From NCBI GenBank assembly GCA_036743315.1, contig DAINPV010000002.1, positions 1-47,026 of the forward strand: a stretch of 47,026 nt of DNA, written 5' to 3'. Shown here piece by piece: positions 19,302 to 31,220 of this stretch (its first letter is position 1; every line of letters begins with the position of its first letter). The translations under genes and the position numbers were made by a program. This stretch comes from a bacterium. Lineage in GTDB: Bacteria > Lernaellota > Lernaellaia > Lernaellales > Lernaellaceae. The notes beneath the pieces were generated by a model. It worked only from the letters and a program-made list of their open reading frames with translations, ran no database searches and had not been told where the DNA came from.

Positions 19302-20519
19302 ATGGCAGGTTTGAAGGAAATCCGGCGTACGCTCGGCGGCAATCGACGATGGATCGTCCGCGTGACCTTGCTGGTCACCGCGTTCTCGATGCTGCTGTGG
19401 CTGGTGCGGCCGACCACCTACCGCGCCGAAACGACGCTGATGCCCATCGAGGAAGACCAGGGGATGATGGGCATGGTTTCGGGCATGCTCAACTCGAGCG
19501 GCTTGGGCGGACTGATGCGGCAGATCGGCGGCAATACGGCCGTCGACCGGCTCACGAACATGCTCAACAGCCGCACCCTGGCCGAGATGGTCATCGACAA
19601 CGGACAATTGTTGCCGCTGATTCATCCGCGCAAATGGGACAAACAAAAAAACGACTGGAAAAATCCCAAACGGCCGCCGAGCCGGCAGGAAACCGTCAAG
19701 TGGTTCCGCAGCGACGCGGTTTCCGTGTGGGAAAGCGAAATGGAACTGCTGCATGTGACGGTCACCTGGCCGGGCACGGCGGCGAAAACGGCGGAGATCG
19801 CCAACCTCATTCCGCAGTCGTTGGAAGCGTTCATCAACGAAACCAGCGTGTCGGTCGCGCGTAAAAATCGCGAATTCGTCGGTGAGCGGCTGGACCAAGC
19901 GAAAACGGAGCTGACCGCCAAGGAAGAGGCGTTCCGCGAATTTCAGGAAGAGCATAAAATCTATAGCTTCGACGCGCAGGCGGAAACGGCGATGCAGACC
20001 GTCGCCCAATTGCAGGGGCAGTTGATTGCCAAGGACGTCGAGTTGGGCATGCTGCGGCGCTTCACCACCGGCGACAATCCGCGCGTGCGTTTGCTGCGCG
20101 GCGAGATCGCCGAACTGCGCCGCCAGATCGAAAAGTTGGAAGGGAAACAACCGGCCGATCCGAGTTCGTTTTTTCCCGCCTTGGCCGACGCGCCGACGTT
20201 GGGCGTGCAATACCTCCGCCTTAAACGCGACTTGCTGATTGCGGAAAAGGTGTTCGAATTGCTGACGCAGCAGTTCGAGCTGGCCAAGATCGACGAGGCT
20301 CGTCGGCGCACCTTGTTCCAGGTGATCGACCGCGCCGACGTGCCCGAGAAGCGCCACAGCCCGTTGTGGTGGGCGCATCTGCTCGGTGGTCTGATCCTGG
20401 GTTTCTTCGGAGCCGTGGGCGCGTTGCTGGGCGGACCGGCGGTCTCGAAATTCTTGCGGGATATCCGCCGGCCGAACGCGGCGAAAACCCCGGACAACAT
20501 GGAAAAACGGAACGAATAA
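19302..20519 (+). CDS. polysaccharide co-polymerase / chain-length determinant (Wzz/GumC-like, no kinase domain)
   Basis: An N-terminal TM (WIVRVTLLVTAFSMLLWLV), then YRAETTLMP, a long coiled-coil periplasmic region, and a C-terminal TM (WWAHLLGGLILGFFGAVGALL). Confidence 0.75.
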   Translation: MAGLKEIRRTLGGNRRWIVRVTLLVTAFSMLLWLVRPTTYRAETTLMPIEEDQGMMGMVSGMLNSSGLGGLMRQIGGNTAVDRLTNMLNSRTLAEMVIDNGQLLPLIHPRKWDKQKNDWKNPKRPPSRQETVKWFRSDAVSVWESEMELLHVTVTWPGTAAKTAEIANLIPQSLEAFINETSVSVARKNREFVGERLDQAKTELTAKEEAFREFQEEHKIYSFDAQAETAMQTVAQLQGQLIAKDVELGMLRRFTTGDNPRVRLLRGEIAELRRQIEKLEGKQPADPSSFFPALADAPTLGVQYLRLKRDLLIAEKVFELLTQQFELAKIDEARRRTLFQVIDRADVPEKRHSPLWWAHLLGGLILGFFGAVGALLGGPAVSKFLRDIRRPNAAKTPDNMEKRNE

Positions 20520-20520
20520 C

Positions 20521-21774
20521 GTGGAACCGAAACTCGCGTTTGGCGATGATTACCATTATCCGCCGGAATTGCTCGACCTGCTGCGTCGCCTCGTGCAGAC
20601 GTCCGACGACTCGGTCGTCCGCAGTCTGATTCTGTTGGGCAGCACCTCGCGCGGGGAATTTTCCTGGCACAGTCGCGACGGCCGCTTTCTTCCTTTGTCC
20701 GATATCGAATTGCTGGTGGTGACGCACGATCATTTCTCGGGGCGAAAGCAACGCGACATGATGCGCCGGTGGGAGGAGATCGAAACGAGCACTGGTGCCC
20801 AATCGCCGTCGTTCCATTTGGATTGTTCCTTTTTGAATTTGCGTAAACTGCGCACCCTGCCGACGATCTTCCGCACCTTCGAAACCAAGGTGACCGGCAA
20901 GGTGATCGCCGGCGAAAACCTGCTGCCGGAAATCCCGGACGTTTCGTTGGCAACACTCGACTGGCGCGATCTGAACGAGATTCTCATCTGGCGCCTGTGG
21001 TCGATGTGGTTGTACATGCCGCTGCAATTCATCGACCGGCGCGGCGAACTGCCGCCCGATCTGGATCGCGCCTATGCTTACGTCGTCGCGCGCAACCTGT
21101 TGGACCTGCCGTCGTGGATGCTGCCGCGCGCCGGGTTCCTGCTTGCCGGCTTCGGTCCGCGCCTGCGCAAGATGGCCGAAATCTGCGACGAACTGCCGAT
21201 TTGCCAGCAAATGAAAAGCGAGCTGCTGCCGCTGCTGGATCATTGCTATGCGATCAAGATGGGTCGCGAGGAACCGCAGGGCGCGTTGGCACTGTATCGT
21301 CAAGCGGGCCGGGCCTTTCGCCTGTGTTGGAGCGAACTGGCCGGCGGACAACCGGCCGACGATCATGAACGGCCGATCAAGCGCAACAGCCGCAAACTGT
21401 TCGTCGATTGGCACTGGCGGCGCAAAGGGCACGAGGCCCGCACGATTATAAAAAATCTCGACCACTTGTGGGTCGGCTATTCCATGCTCTGGATGACGCG
21501 CCCCAAATACGGCCCAATGCTCAACCTGCTCATCCGCGTGCACCGGGCGGTCGAACAGCATCTGGACCGCAACGAGGACGATGCCGCCGCCGATCTCGAA
21601 GCCGCCTATCGTCACCTGCGCGGTTTCGCGCTGCACGACAGCGTGATTCCCGGTTGGTCGGCGCTGTTGTTTGCTGACAAAGTCGCCAACCTGCGCCGCG
21701 TGTTTTTGCACTTCATGTACGACTACTTTCCCTCGGTGGCGGCGAAGAAGGACTATTTGGAGAACCTTCTATGA
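20521..21774 (+). CDS. hypothetical protein with N-terminal nucleotidyltransferase-fold-like motif
   Basis: GTG is 1 nt after the wzz stop. LILLGSTSRGEF...LPLSDIELLVV resembles the polymerase-beta-type NTase signature GSxxRGE...D[IV]D/E. The remaining ~300 aa are helical with no recognised family. Confidence 0.5.
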   Translation: MEPKLAFGDDYHYPPELLDLLRRLVQTSDDSVVRSLILLGSTSRGEFSWHSRDGRFLPLSDIELLVVTHDHFSGRKQRDMMRRWEEIETSTGAQSPSFHLDCSFLNLRKLRTLPTIFRTFETKVTGKVIAGENLLPEIPDVSLATLDWRDLNEILIWRLWSMWLYMPLQFIDRRGELPPDLDRAYAYVVARNLLDLPSWMLPRAGFLLAGFGPRLRKMAEICDELPICQQMKSELLPLLDHCYAIKMGREEPQGALALYRQAGRAFRLCWSELAGGQPADDHERPIKRNSRKLFVDWHWRRKGHEARTIIKNLDHLWVGYSMLWMTRPKYGPMLNLLIRVHRAVEQHLDRNEDDAAADLEAAYRHLRGFALHDSVIPGWSALLFADKVANLRRVFLHFMYDYFPSVAAKKDYLENLL

Positions 21775-22883
21775 ACGCGCCGCAGCCGGCGCTGATCGTG
21801 TTTCTCGACAGCCTGCCGCATCGTGTCGTCCCGGCGATGCCTTTTCTCTCGACGCTGCCCTACGGACCGTTGCGCCCCGGTTTTGGTTATTCGATGAATA
21901 TTAAGGCTGAACTGTTCGCCGGGCTGACGCCGGAAAATTTGGGCGTTCTCGGTTCGTGGAATCCGACGAGCCGCGCGCCGCTGGCGCATCGCCTGCTGGG
22001 TTGGCTGGCGCCGCTGGATAAAATTCCGTTCACGGCGCGATGGTTGCGACGGCTGGGTCATCGCGCGTTTCGACGCCCGCTGGCTTGGGTGCCGTTTCAT
22101 CTGCTCAAATATTTCGCGCATTACGAGGTCAACGCCTACCAGCGCGAGTTTCCGCACCCGACGATTCTGCAAACGCCCGGCGCGCAACGGTTGCTGTACC
22201 GCGACTTTCCGCCCGGGCCGCAACGCGACGAGGCGCTGTTTGCCTCGGCGGCCGCGCGGGTGGATCGGGTCGAATCGCTGTTGTTCATCGCCAGCGCCGA
22301 TCTGGATCACACGGGTCATCTGTACGGTGTGGGCGCGCCGGCGTACCGGGACAAAATCGCCGCCCTCGACGCCGCGCTGGCCCGGCTGGTCGAAACGTGG
22401 CGCGCGCGTTTCGCCGACGCGCCGATCGTCGTGTTGTCCGACCACGGCATGTCGAACGTGACCGCGAACGTCGACCTGGCGATCGAGCGGCGGTTCGGAC
22501 CGATGCGGCCCGACCGCTACCTGGCTGCGCTGGATGCGACGATGGTGCGCTTCTGGTTTCGCAACACGACGCTGCGTGATGAAATCGCCGCCTTCCTCGC
22601 CGAACAGCCGCACGTCACGGTGCTCAACGAGGCGCAACGCGCCGGCTTCGGTTTGCGTACCGAACGTCTCGGCGAGTTGATCGCCTTGCTCGACGAGGGG
22701 CACGTGGTATGCCCCAGTTTCTATTTCCGCGAACCGCCGCAGGGCATGCATGGCTATCATCCGGATGCGCCGGGGCAGACCGCCGTGTTTGCCGCGCAAA
22801 ACGTGCCGACGCCTTTGCCGCAAAGCGCCGCCGAGGTCTTTCCCTATTTGCAGACGCTGCTGGGGCGGGAGAACGCGACATGA
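21771..22883 (+). CDS. alkaline phosphatase superfamily protein (type I phosphodiesterase/nucleotide pyrophosphatase-like)
   Basis: There is an ATGA overlap with the upstream gene. VFLDSLPH, ADLDHTGHLYG, VVLSDHGM and GMHGYHPD match the metal-ligand motifs of the PF01663-type family. Confidence 0.7.
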   Translation: MNAPQPALIVFLDSLPHRVVPAMPFLSTLPYGPLRPGFGYSMNIKAELFAGLTPENLGVLGSWNPTSRAPLAHRLLGWLAPLDKIPFTARWLRRLGHRAFRRPLAWVPFHLLKYFAHYEVNAYQREFPHPTILQTPGAQRLLYRDFPPGPQRDEALFASAAARVDRVESLLFIASADLDHTGHLYGVGAPAYRDKIAALDAALARLVETWRARFADAPIVVLSDHGMSNVTANVDLAIERRFGPMRPDRYLAALDATMVRFWFRNTTLRDEIAAFLAEQPHVTVLNEAQRAGFGLRTERLGELIALLDEGHVVCPSFYFREPPQGMHGYHPDAPGQTAVFAAQNVPTPLPQSAAEVFPYLQTLLGRENAT

Positions 22884-24139
22884 TCCGCCGCCACCAACAG
22901 GCGCTGTTCGCCGTGCTCGATCGCGGTCTGGCGGCCGCCGCCGGACTGATGGTCGTCTTCGCGCTTACTCGTTTGCTGGGCGCGAAGTTGTACGGTGTGT
23001 TCGTGCTCGCCGAAACGATCCAGATATTGATGGCGTTGGCGATTGAGCAATCGCCCGGACAGGCGCTGATTTTCCTGACCGCGAACAAAGACGACGAAAA
23101 CGCGTTCAATGACGCCCTGCGCTCAGTGCTTTGGGTCAAGTTGCTGACGTTCGTCGCGTTGTACGCGCTGTTGGAAATTGCCGCGCCTTGGATTGCCGCC
23201 GCCTTCGACGAACCGCAATTGACGGTGCTGTTGCGCCTCTTGCCGCTGAGCACGGCGGGTTTGATTTTCCTGGGCACGGCCAACCAGGTGTTGATCGTGC
23301 GGCAACGGTTGCAGATCGTCGCGCGCAACGATGCGACGATGTTCGCCTGCCTTGCCTTTTTCTTCGCCGTCGGCTGGCTGCTGGGACTGATCGACTCGCC
23401 GTTGGGCGGTATGATCGCGTTGGCGCTCGGCCGGTTGGCCGCCGGCGCGTTGGCGACGCTGAGCATTTTGCCCGCATGGCGCAAGGCGTGGAGGGGCGGG
23501 CGCGCCACCCAGGTGATGGAGGCGCTGCGCTTCGGCGTGCTGAGCCTGGCCAACACGTTGGGCGTGTTCGTTTACACCAAGGCCGACATTCTGCTGCTGG
23601 GTCTGCTGGCAAGCAAAGCCTCGGTCGGCGTGTACGGCGCCTGCGTGACCGCGCTGGCTTACTACCGCGTGGTAGCCGATGCAATGAACCTGATCGTCTT
23701 TCCGCGCATCGCCGCCCGGCGCGAGGAAAATCCGGAAACGGTGCGTCGTTCGGTGATCAGGCTCTATTCCGGGGGCGTCATTTTCGGCGTGGCCATGGGT
23801 CTGCCGGCCAGCCTGGCGATATTTTATTATCACGAAACATTGTTGCGGCTGGTCTTCGGTGAGGAATATGTCGTCGGCGCGTCTGTGTTGATCGTCTTCG
23901 GCGTATGGGGATTGCTGCTGCCGTTTTACCGGCTCGCCGGCTCGGTGCTCAACGGGCTGGGACATCCGGGGGACAATGCGAAAACCACGCTGCTGGTCGG
24001 CGCGCTCAATGTGGCGCTCAATGTACCGTTGATTTTATGGTTGGACATGTTCGGCGCGGCGCTGGCCAGCATCGCGTCCAACGCGATCGGCCTGACGCTG
24101 CTGATGCGCCATGTCGTACGGCGGACGACTCACTCGTAA
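22880..24139 (+). CDS. oligosaccharide flippase (Wzx/MOP superfamily polysaccharide biosynthesis protein)
   Basis: There is an ATGA overlap with the upstream gene. The 419-aa polytopic protein has about 12 hydrophobic segments. It has a typical N-terminus (RGLAAAAGLMVVFALTRLLGAKLYGVFVLAETI) and a C-terminal GAALASIASN region. Confidence 0.75.
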   Translation: MIRRHQQALFAVLDRGLAAAAGLMVVFALTRLLGAKLYGVFVLAETIQILMALAIEQSPGQALIFLTANKDDENAFNDALRSVLWVKLLTFVALYALLEIAAPWIAAAFDEPQLTVLLRLLPLSTAGLIFLGTANQVLIVRQRLQIVARNDATMFACLAFFFAVGWLLGLIDSPLGGMIALALGRLAAGALATLSILPAWRKAWRGGRATQVMEALRFGVLSLANTLGVFVYTKADILLLGLLASKASVGVYGACVTALAYYRVVADAMNLIVFPRIAARREENPETVRRSVIRLYSGGVIFGVAMGLPASLAIFYYHETLLRLVFGEEYVVGASVLIVFGVWGLLLPFYRLAGSVLNGLGHPGDNAKTTLLVGALNVALNVPLILWLDMFGAALASIASNAIGLTLLMRHVVRRTTHS

Positions 24140-25378
24140 TGCAGCGCTTCGATGGGATCCAGTTGCGCGGCTTTGCGCGCCGGGTAGACGCCGAAAAATA
24201 TCCCCACGCCCACTGAGAAACCGACGGCCAACACGATCGAACTCAGCGAGAAGGCGATGGGCAGCGCGTCGGTGAGCCTGCCCACGAGCAATAACAGCCC
24301 CACCGCCAGCGCGATGCCGATGATGCCGCCCAGGGCCGAGAGCGTCATCGCCTCGATGAGGAACTGGCGCGAGATGTCGCGGTTGCGCGCGCCCAGCGCT
24401 TTGCGCACGCCGATTTCGCGCGTGCGCTCGCGCACCGACACGAGCATGATGTTCATGATGCCGATGCCGCCCACGAGCAACGAAATCGCGGCGATGCCGA
24501 TGGCGGCGAAGAAGATCGAGCCGGTCAGGCTGTTGTAGCTGCGCATCAAGCTGTCGCGCGTAACCAGCTCGAAGTCGTCTTCCTGGGTCAGCTTGAGTTT
24601 GTGCCGCACGCGCATCAGGGCGCGCACTTCGTCCATCGCGCGGACGAGCGGCACGCCTTCCTTGGCTTTGAGCATGATTTCCAATTGGTCGCGGACGTCC
24701 CATTTGCGCAGATAGGCGCCCAGTGGAATGGCTACAAAGTTGTCGCGGCTTTCGCCGAAAATCGAGCCGAGACGCTCGACCACGCCGATCACCCGGTAAC
24801 GGTCGGCGCGCACTCGGATGGTGCGCCCGACCGGCGAACCGTAGGGGAAGAGGCGCTCGACGACGTCCCAACCCAACACCGCGACGCGGCTGCCGGACAT
24901 GGCTTCGCGTTCGGTAAAGTTGCGGCCGATGTCCAGCGTCATGCCGGAGACGGGAATGTAGTTGTCGGTGGTCGCGGCGATGCCCACGGTCGGATCTGTT
25001 TTATTGCCGCCGCCGCGGATAATCTCGCCCCACCATTGATAAACCATCGGGCTGACGGTCTCGATCGACGGGCAATTCTTGCGGATCGCGTCGGCGTCCT
25101 CGATCGTCAGATCGGTGCGGCGGCGAAATTTACCGTAGTCGAAAGTGATCACGATCGCCGGGTATTTTTGCAGCGTGAACACGTCCGAGCCGAAGCGGCC
25201 GAACTCCTTGGCGACGATTTGATTGATGCCACCGACCACTGTCATCATCGCGATGACCGTCGCCACGCCGATGATGATGCCCAGGCTGGTCAGACCCGCG
25301 CGCAGCTTGTTGGCGGCGATGGCGCGCATGGCGACCTTGATGTTTTCCCAGAGGCTGATTTTACGCTGCACTTGCGCT

Positions 25379-25386
<8 letters not shown>
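24130..25386 (-). CDS. ABC transporter permease (MacB/FtsX family)
   Basis: N-terminal TM, MacB-type periplasmic domain and C-terminal FtsX module (IGIMNIMLVSVRERTREIGVRKALGAR). It overlaps the upstream permease gene by 8 nt. Confidence 0.9.
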
Positions 25387-27285
<1,899 letters not shown>

Positions 27286-27293
27286 GGGCGTTC

Positions 27294-28661
27294 CTACTCT
27301 TCCGGCTGCTCGGCTTTGCCTTCGGGCTCGATTTCCAGCAGATCGTTGGGTTTCAATTCGCGATTGAGCGTCTTGAAACTGCCGCACACGATCTCCATGC
27401 CATCGACGACCTGTTCGCCTTCGACCTCGATATCGGTTTCCGAACTGATGCCGGTGACGATCCAGACCGGTACGGCGCGGTTGTCCTTGATGGCGAACAG
27501 CAGTTCCTTCATCCGTTTGATGGAGCCGGGCGCTTCGGCCGGTTCGCTCTTATCGGCCGCTTCTTCCGTCGCGGCGGGAGTGGCTTGCTCGCTCGCCGCG
27601 GGCGTCGGTGAAGCGTTTTCCGCTTTTTTATTCTTGTCCGCTTCCTTGGCCAATTGTTCCGGATCGCGCATGGTGATGCACTGGATCGGAACGTGCAGCA
27701 CGTCCGGCTTTTTCTCGGTGACAATGTCGGCGGTCGCGCTCATGCCGGGACGAATCAGCGCGGTGTCGCCTTCCAACAGCACTTTTACCTGGAAGCTGAC
27801 GGTTTCCTCCTGCAAACCCATCTCGGAGACGGTGGCGCTGCCGGCGATTTCGATCACTTTGGCTTGGAATACGGCATCGGGAAACGCGTCGAGTTCGACG
27901 GTGGCGTCGTCGCCGATTTCGATATCCACGATGTCGGCCTCGTCGACGTCGACCGTGGCCACGAAGTGGTTGGGATCGGAGACGATCATAATCACGTCGC
28001 GCGTGAAGGTGCTGCCGATGGCGATTTCGCCTTCCTCTTTCTTTAAAGAGGTCACCACGCCGTCGATCGGCGAGCGAATGGTCGTTTTGCTCAACTCGTT
28101 GCCGCTGATTTGCAGACCGGCGTTTGCGTTGCGGATATTGTCCTGCGCCGCCTTGAGCGCGGCTTGCGCAACTTTCAATTCGGTTTCGCTGATTTCCAAC
28201 GCTTCCTGGCTGATCAGTTTTTGTTTGAAAAGTTGTTGGCTGCGTTCGAAGGAACTGGCGGCCAGATCGTGCTGTGCCTTGGCGCGTGCCAGTTCGGTCT
28301 TGGCCACTTCCAACATCGAGCGTGACTGGTCGTAACTGGCGGCGTAGCGTTGATTGTCCAGGGTGACCAGCACTTGGCCTTTTTCGACGCGTTCGCCTTC
28401 GCGCGTGTTGATCTTGGTAATTTCACCGGCGATGTTCGCGCTGATTTCCACTTCCACCGCCGGATTGACGCGACCGGAAGCCGACACAACCTGGGTTAGT
28501 TCGCCCTTGGCCACCTTGCCGGATTGCACTATGACTTTCGGTTCTTGCAGAGCGCTGTAAACGACGAAGGCGGTCAGGCAGACGACCGCGAACGCGAGAA
28601 TGCGAAACCACCATTTCTGGTAAAAACGTTTCTTTGCCTTTTTCGCCATGTTTGATTTCAC
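27294..28661 (-). CDS. efflux transporter periplasmic adaptor subunit (HlyD/MacA family)
   Basis: N-terminal TM, biotinyl-lipoyl-like half motifs ([30 protein letters not shown] / [12 protein letters not shown]), a coiled-coil hairpin and beta-barrel domains. It carries an Ala/Pro/Glu-rich insertion. The start is GTG 28661 or ATG 28649. Confidence 0.85.
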   Translation of the reverse strand: MKSNMAKKAKKRFYQKWWFRILAFAVVCLTAFVVYSALQEPKVIVQSGKVAKGELTQVVSASGRVNPAVEVEISANIAGEITKINTREGERVEKGQVLVTLDNQRYAASYDQSRSMLEVAKTELARAKAQHDLAASSFERSQQLFKQKLISQEALEISETELKVAQAALKAAQDNIRNANAGLQISGNELSKTTIRSPIDGVVTSLKKEEGEIAIGSTFTRDVIMIVSDPNHFVATVDVDEADIVDIEIGDDATVELDAFPDAVFQAKVIEIAGSATVSEMGLQEETVSFQVKVLLEGDTALIRPGMSATADIVTEKKPDVLHVPIQCITMRDPEQLAKEADKNKKAENASPTPAASEQATPAATEEAADKSEPAEAPGSIKRMKELLFAIKDNRAVPVWIVTGISSETDIEVEGEQVVDGMEIVCGSFKTLNRELKPNDLLEIEPEGKAEQPEE

Positions 28662-28695
28662 CCTTCGCCAGCGGGGGAAGGGAAATGCGAGTCGG

Positions 28696-29130
28696 TTACT
28701 GATCCTGTTGCGGCTGTTGATCGTCGAAAGAAATTCGTTTCAGATCCTTGACGCGGACCATGACCTGTCCCATTTCCGCCATCCCGTAACAACGCGCCAA
28801 ACTTTTGAAGCGCAGTTTCTTGTCCTCGCCCTCGTGGAAGGTCACCTGGCCCCATGTATATCCGGCCGTCCCCGGATAAAACTCGACTTGCTTGATCTTG
28901 GCGAAATCCAGCGTGATGCGCATCTCTCCCAGGTACCCTTTGACCGAGGTTTTTCCTTCGCAATGCATATGAGTTACGTGCAGCGTCGTCATCGAGCGAT
29001 CGACGACGGTGCCGGTGAAATTCTTTTCCGGCGTGCGCGGAGTATCGGACCCGGTCAGCCCGCTGTCGCCCATTCCCAGCAGGGCCAATGCGGCAATCAG
29101 CAGCAACGGCAATAATGCTTTTTTGGGCAT
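28696..29130 (-). CDS. secreted hypothetical protein
   Basis: AGGAGAAGG SD. The signal peptide is MPKKALLPLLLIAALALLGMG. The mature domain of ~120 aa has no recognised family. It lies 34 nt upstream of the adaptor gene on the same strand. Confidence 0.55.
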   Translation of the reverse strand: MPKKALLPLLLIAALALLGMGDSGLTGSDTPRTPEKNFTGTVVDRSMTTLHVTHMHCEGKTSVKGYLGEMRITLDFAKIKQVEFYPGTAGYTWGQVTFHEGEDKKLRFKSLARCYGMAEMGQVMVRVKDLKRISFDDQQPQQDQ

Positions 29131-29447
29131 GCGCCTTCTCCTTTCGCCTGGTAGAAAAGCGGAATCACGGTAGACCAGCGTCCTTTCACTGTCAAGATAC
29201 GGACATGCAATGAACGGAAAAAGTTCGCGAAAAAATCCGGGAAATTCACTTTTTGACCTTTTTTCAAATAATCGGACTTATCCATTGTAAATTCTTGTGG
29301 ACAAGAGCAAAAGAAATTGGTATGCGAATACCATGGGACAAGCAGGCAGGACGATCGGTTCGATTGAATGCCGATCGCATGTTCCATGAGCAGACGAATG
29401 TCGCTGACGAATGAGCCGGTTATTCTCCCGGCGGACCTGCAGGCCAC

Positions 29448-29482
29448 GATGCCGGCGAAGCCGGCATCGAATTTCCTTTTCA
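29448..29482 (+). terminator. intrinsic-terminator-like hairpin (possible attenuator or sRNA 3' end) upstream of hemL
   Basis: A perfect 9-bp stem GATGCCGGC-gaa-GCCGGCATC (29448-29468) is followed by gaaTTTccTTTTc. It lies 75-110 nt before the hemL ATG. Confidence 0.4.
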
Positions 29483-29556
29483 AATTCCCATCCGCCGAAT
29501 CGTGATTACCTTGCCCCTATGGAACGATCCAGAGAAAATTAACGGGAGGCGGGAAA

Positions 29557-30831
29557 ATGAATCACGAATGGAGTGAAAAATTTTATAAACGGGCGCAGGA
29601 CGTGCTGGTCGCCGGCGCCGGTGCGTCGCAGCGTTCTTTCGACCAGGTCGGTGGTATGCCGATTTACATGCTGGCCGGTGACGGTGCGCGCATCACCGAC
29701 CATGACGAGAATGTCTACCTCGACTACCTGGGATCCAACGGGCCTTTGATTCTGGGGCATGCGCATCCGCAGATCGTTTCGACGATGAAATTGTCGGCCA
29801 TGCGCGGCACCACGCTGGGCGCCAACAGCGGCATCGAGGTCAAACTGGCAAAAAAAATCGTCGAACTGATGCCCTCCATCAAAAAGTTGCGCTTTGTGAA
29901 TTCCGAAACGGAGGCGGCTGCCGGCGCGGTGCGCTTGGCGCGCGGCGTCACCGGACGGGATAAAATCATCATTTTCGCCGGCAGCGATCATGGCAACGCC
30001 GATTCGTTCTTGGTCCGTTTCGGCGTGGAGCGCGGCGAAGCGATCCGGCTGGGCGTTCCCGCCGGCACGGCGCAAGACACGCTCATCGCCGATTACAACG
30101 ATCTGGAAAGCGTGCGTAAACTGTTCGAGAAATACGATCGACAGATCGCCGCGGTGATCGTCGAGCCGGTAGCGTCCAACATGGGCGTGGTGGCGCCGGT
30201 CATCGGCTTTCTGCCCGGCTTGCGCGATCAATGTTCACAGCATGGCGCCTTGTTGATTTTCGACGAGGCGACCACCGGCTTTCGCGTCGCGGCGGATGGC
30301 GCGCAGGCGTTGTTCGGCGTCAAACCCGATCTGACCTGCCTGGGGAAGATCATCGGCGGCGGCCTGCCCATCGGCGCGTTCGGCGGTTCGGCGGAGATCA
30401 TGGATCATCTGGAACCGTTGGGAACGGTGGCGCAACGAGGCGCGATTTCCGGCAATCCCATGGCGATGAGTGTGGGGTTGACGGTGTTGGATCTGCTCAC
30501 CGAATCGCTTTATGACGAACTGGAACAAAAATCCGCCCGCTTGGAAGAGGGTTTGCGGGAGGCGGCAGCCAAAGCGCGCGTCGACGTGCAGATCAATCGT
30601 ACCGGTTCGATGATGTCGTTGTTCTTCACCGATCGCCCGGTGTGGAATCTGACGTCGGCGCGAGCTGTCGATGTGGAGCGTTTCGCCCGCTTTTTCCATG
30701 CAATGCTGGAGCAGGCGATCTACTTGCCGACTTCGCCTTGGGGCGCTTGGTTCCTCAGTGCGGCGCACACCGACGAGCAAGTGACCGCGACGATCCAAGC
30801 CTCGGGTAAAGCCTTTAAAAAGGCGCGTTGA
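29557..30831 (+). CDS. hemL: glutamate-1-semialdehyde 2,1-aminomutase
   Basis: GGGAGG SD. The protein shows class-III aminotransferase/HemL-like similarity along its length: FYKRAQDVLVAGAGASQRSF, NVYLDYLGSNGPLILGHAHPQIV, LIFDEATTGFRV, and PLP-lysine context LTCLGKIIGGGLP. Confidence 0.95.
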   Translation: MNHEWSEKFYKRAQDVLVAGAGASQRSFDQVGGMPIYMLAGDGARITDHDENVYLDYLGSNGPLILGHAHPQIVSTMKLSAMRGTTLGANSGIEVKLAKKIVELMPSIKKLRFVNSETEAAAGAVRLARGVTGRDKIIIFAGSDHGNADSFLVRFGVERGEAIRLGVPAGTAQDTLIADYNDLESVRKLFEKYDRQIAAVIVEPVASNMGVVAPVIGFLPGLRDQCSQHGALLIFDEATTGFRVAADGAQALFGVKPDLTCLGKIIGGGLPIGAFGGSAEIMDHLEPLGTVAQRGAISGNPMAMSVGLTVLDLLTESLYDELEQKSARLEEGLREAAAKARVDVQINRTGSMMSLFFTDRPVWNLTSARAVDVERFARFFHAMLEQAIYLPTSPWGAWFLSAAHTDEQVTATIQASGKAFKKAR

Positions 30832-30888
30832 GCGTCGATCCTTTGCTTGACAGAATAGGGGCGGGCGTGGCAGTTTATCCGCGCTCGC

Positions 30889-30962
30889 GCCCTCATAGCT
30901 CAGGCGGATAGAGCACCGGATTCCTAATCCGGGGGCCGCAGGTTCAAATCCTGCTGGGGGCG
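30889..30962 (+). tRNA. tRNA-Arg (anticodon CCT)
   Basis: The 74 nt fold by hand into a cloverleaf. Acceptor GCCCTCA/TGGGGGC, D arm GCTC-AGGCGGATA-GAGC, anticodon arm CCGGA-TTCCTAA-TCCGG, T arm GCAGG-TTCAAAT-CCTGC, discriminator G. CCA is not encoded. A T-run (30963-30976) follows. Confidence 0.9.
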
Positions 30963-31220
30963 TTTTTCTTTTTTTTGATTCATCCACCTGTGCCACTTGA
31001 TTGATTTTATTGATAGTTTGTTCGCCTATTTTGGGAAATCCGGTGGTTATGCCGAAATGGATGGTTAAAGTGAAACATAAAGTGATTCCGATAGGTTGCG
31101 TTTTGAAAACCGCCTGCGCATTGTGTTGTTATTTTTTGTGTATTGTGAATTAAACGCAGGAGTTTAAAAGAACGTTTAAACCGGGATAAAACAAATTCAA
31201 AAAATAAATTAGTTTACCGC

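Noticed and set aside
17791-23556. A series of long - strand ORFs (17791-19167, 19218-20378, 20221-21711, 21753-22823, 22624-23556) across the EPS export operon
   Set aside because: All are antisense to + strand genes with motifs or tight translational coupling. Their translations are Arg/Gln/Ala-rich and non-protein-like. 20221-21711 would also overlap wzz.
29097-29483. 128-aa - strand ORF in the hemL upstream region, and the 253-aa - strand ORF 30235-30996
   Set aside because: The first overlaps the start of the secreted-protein gene, has odd Cys-rich composition and no SD. The second is antisense to hemL and runs through the tRNA gene.
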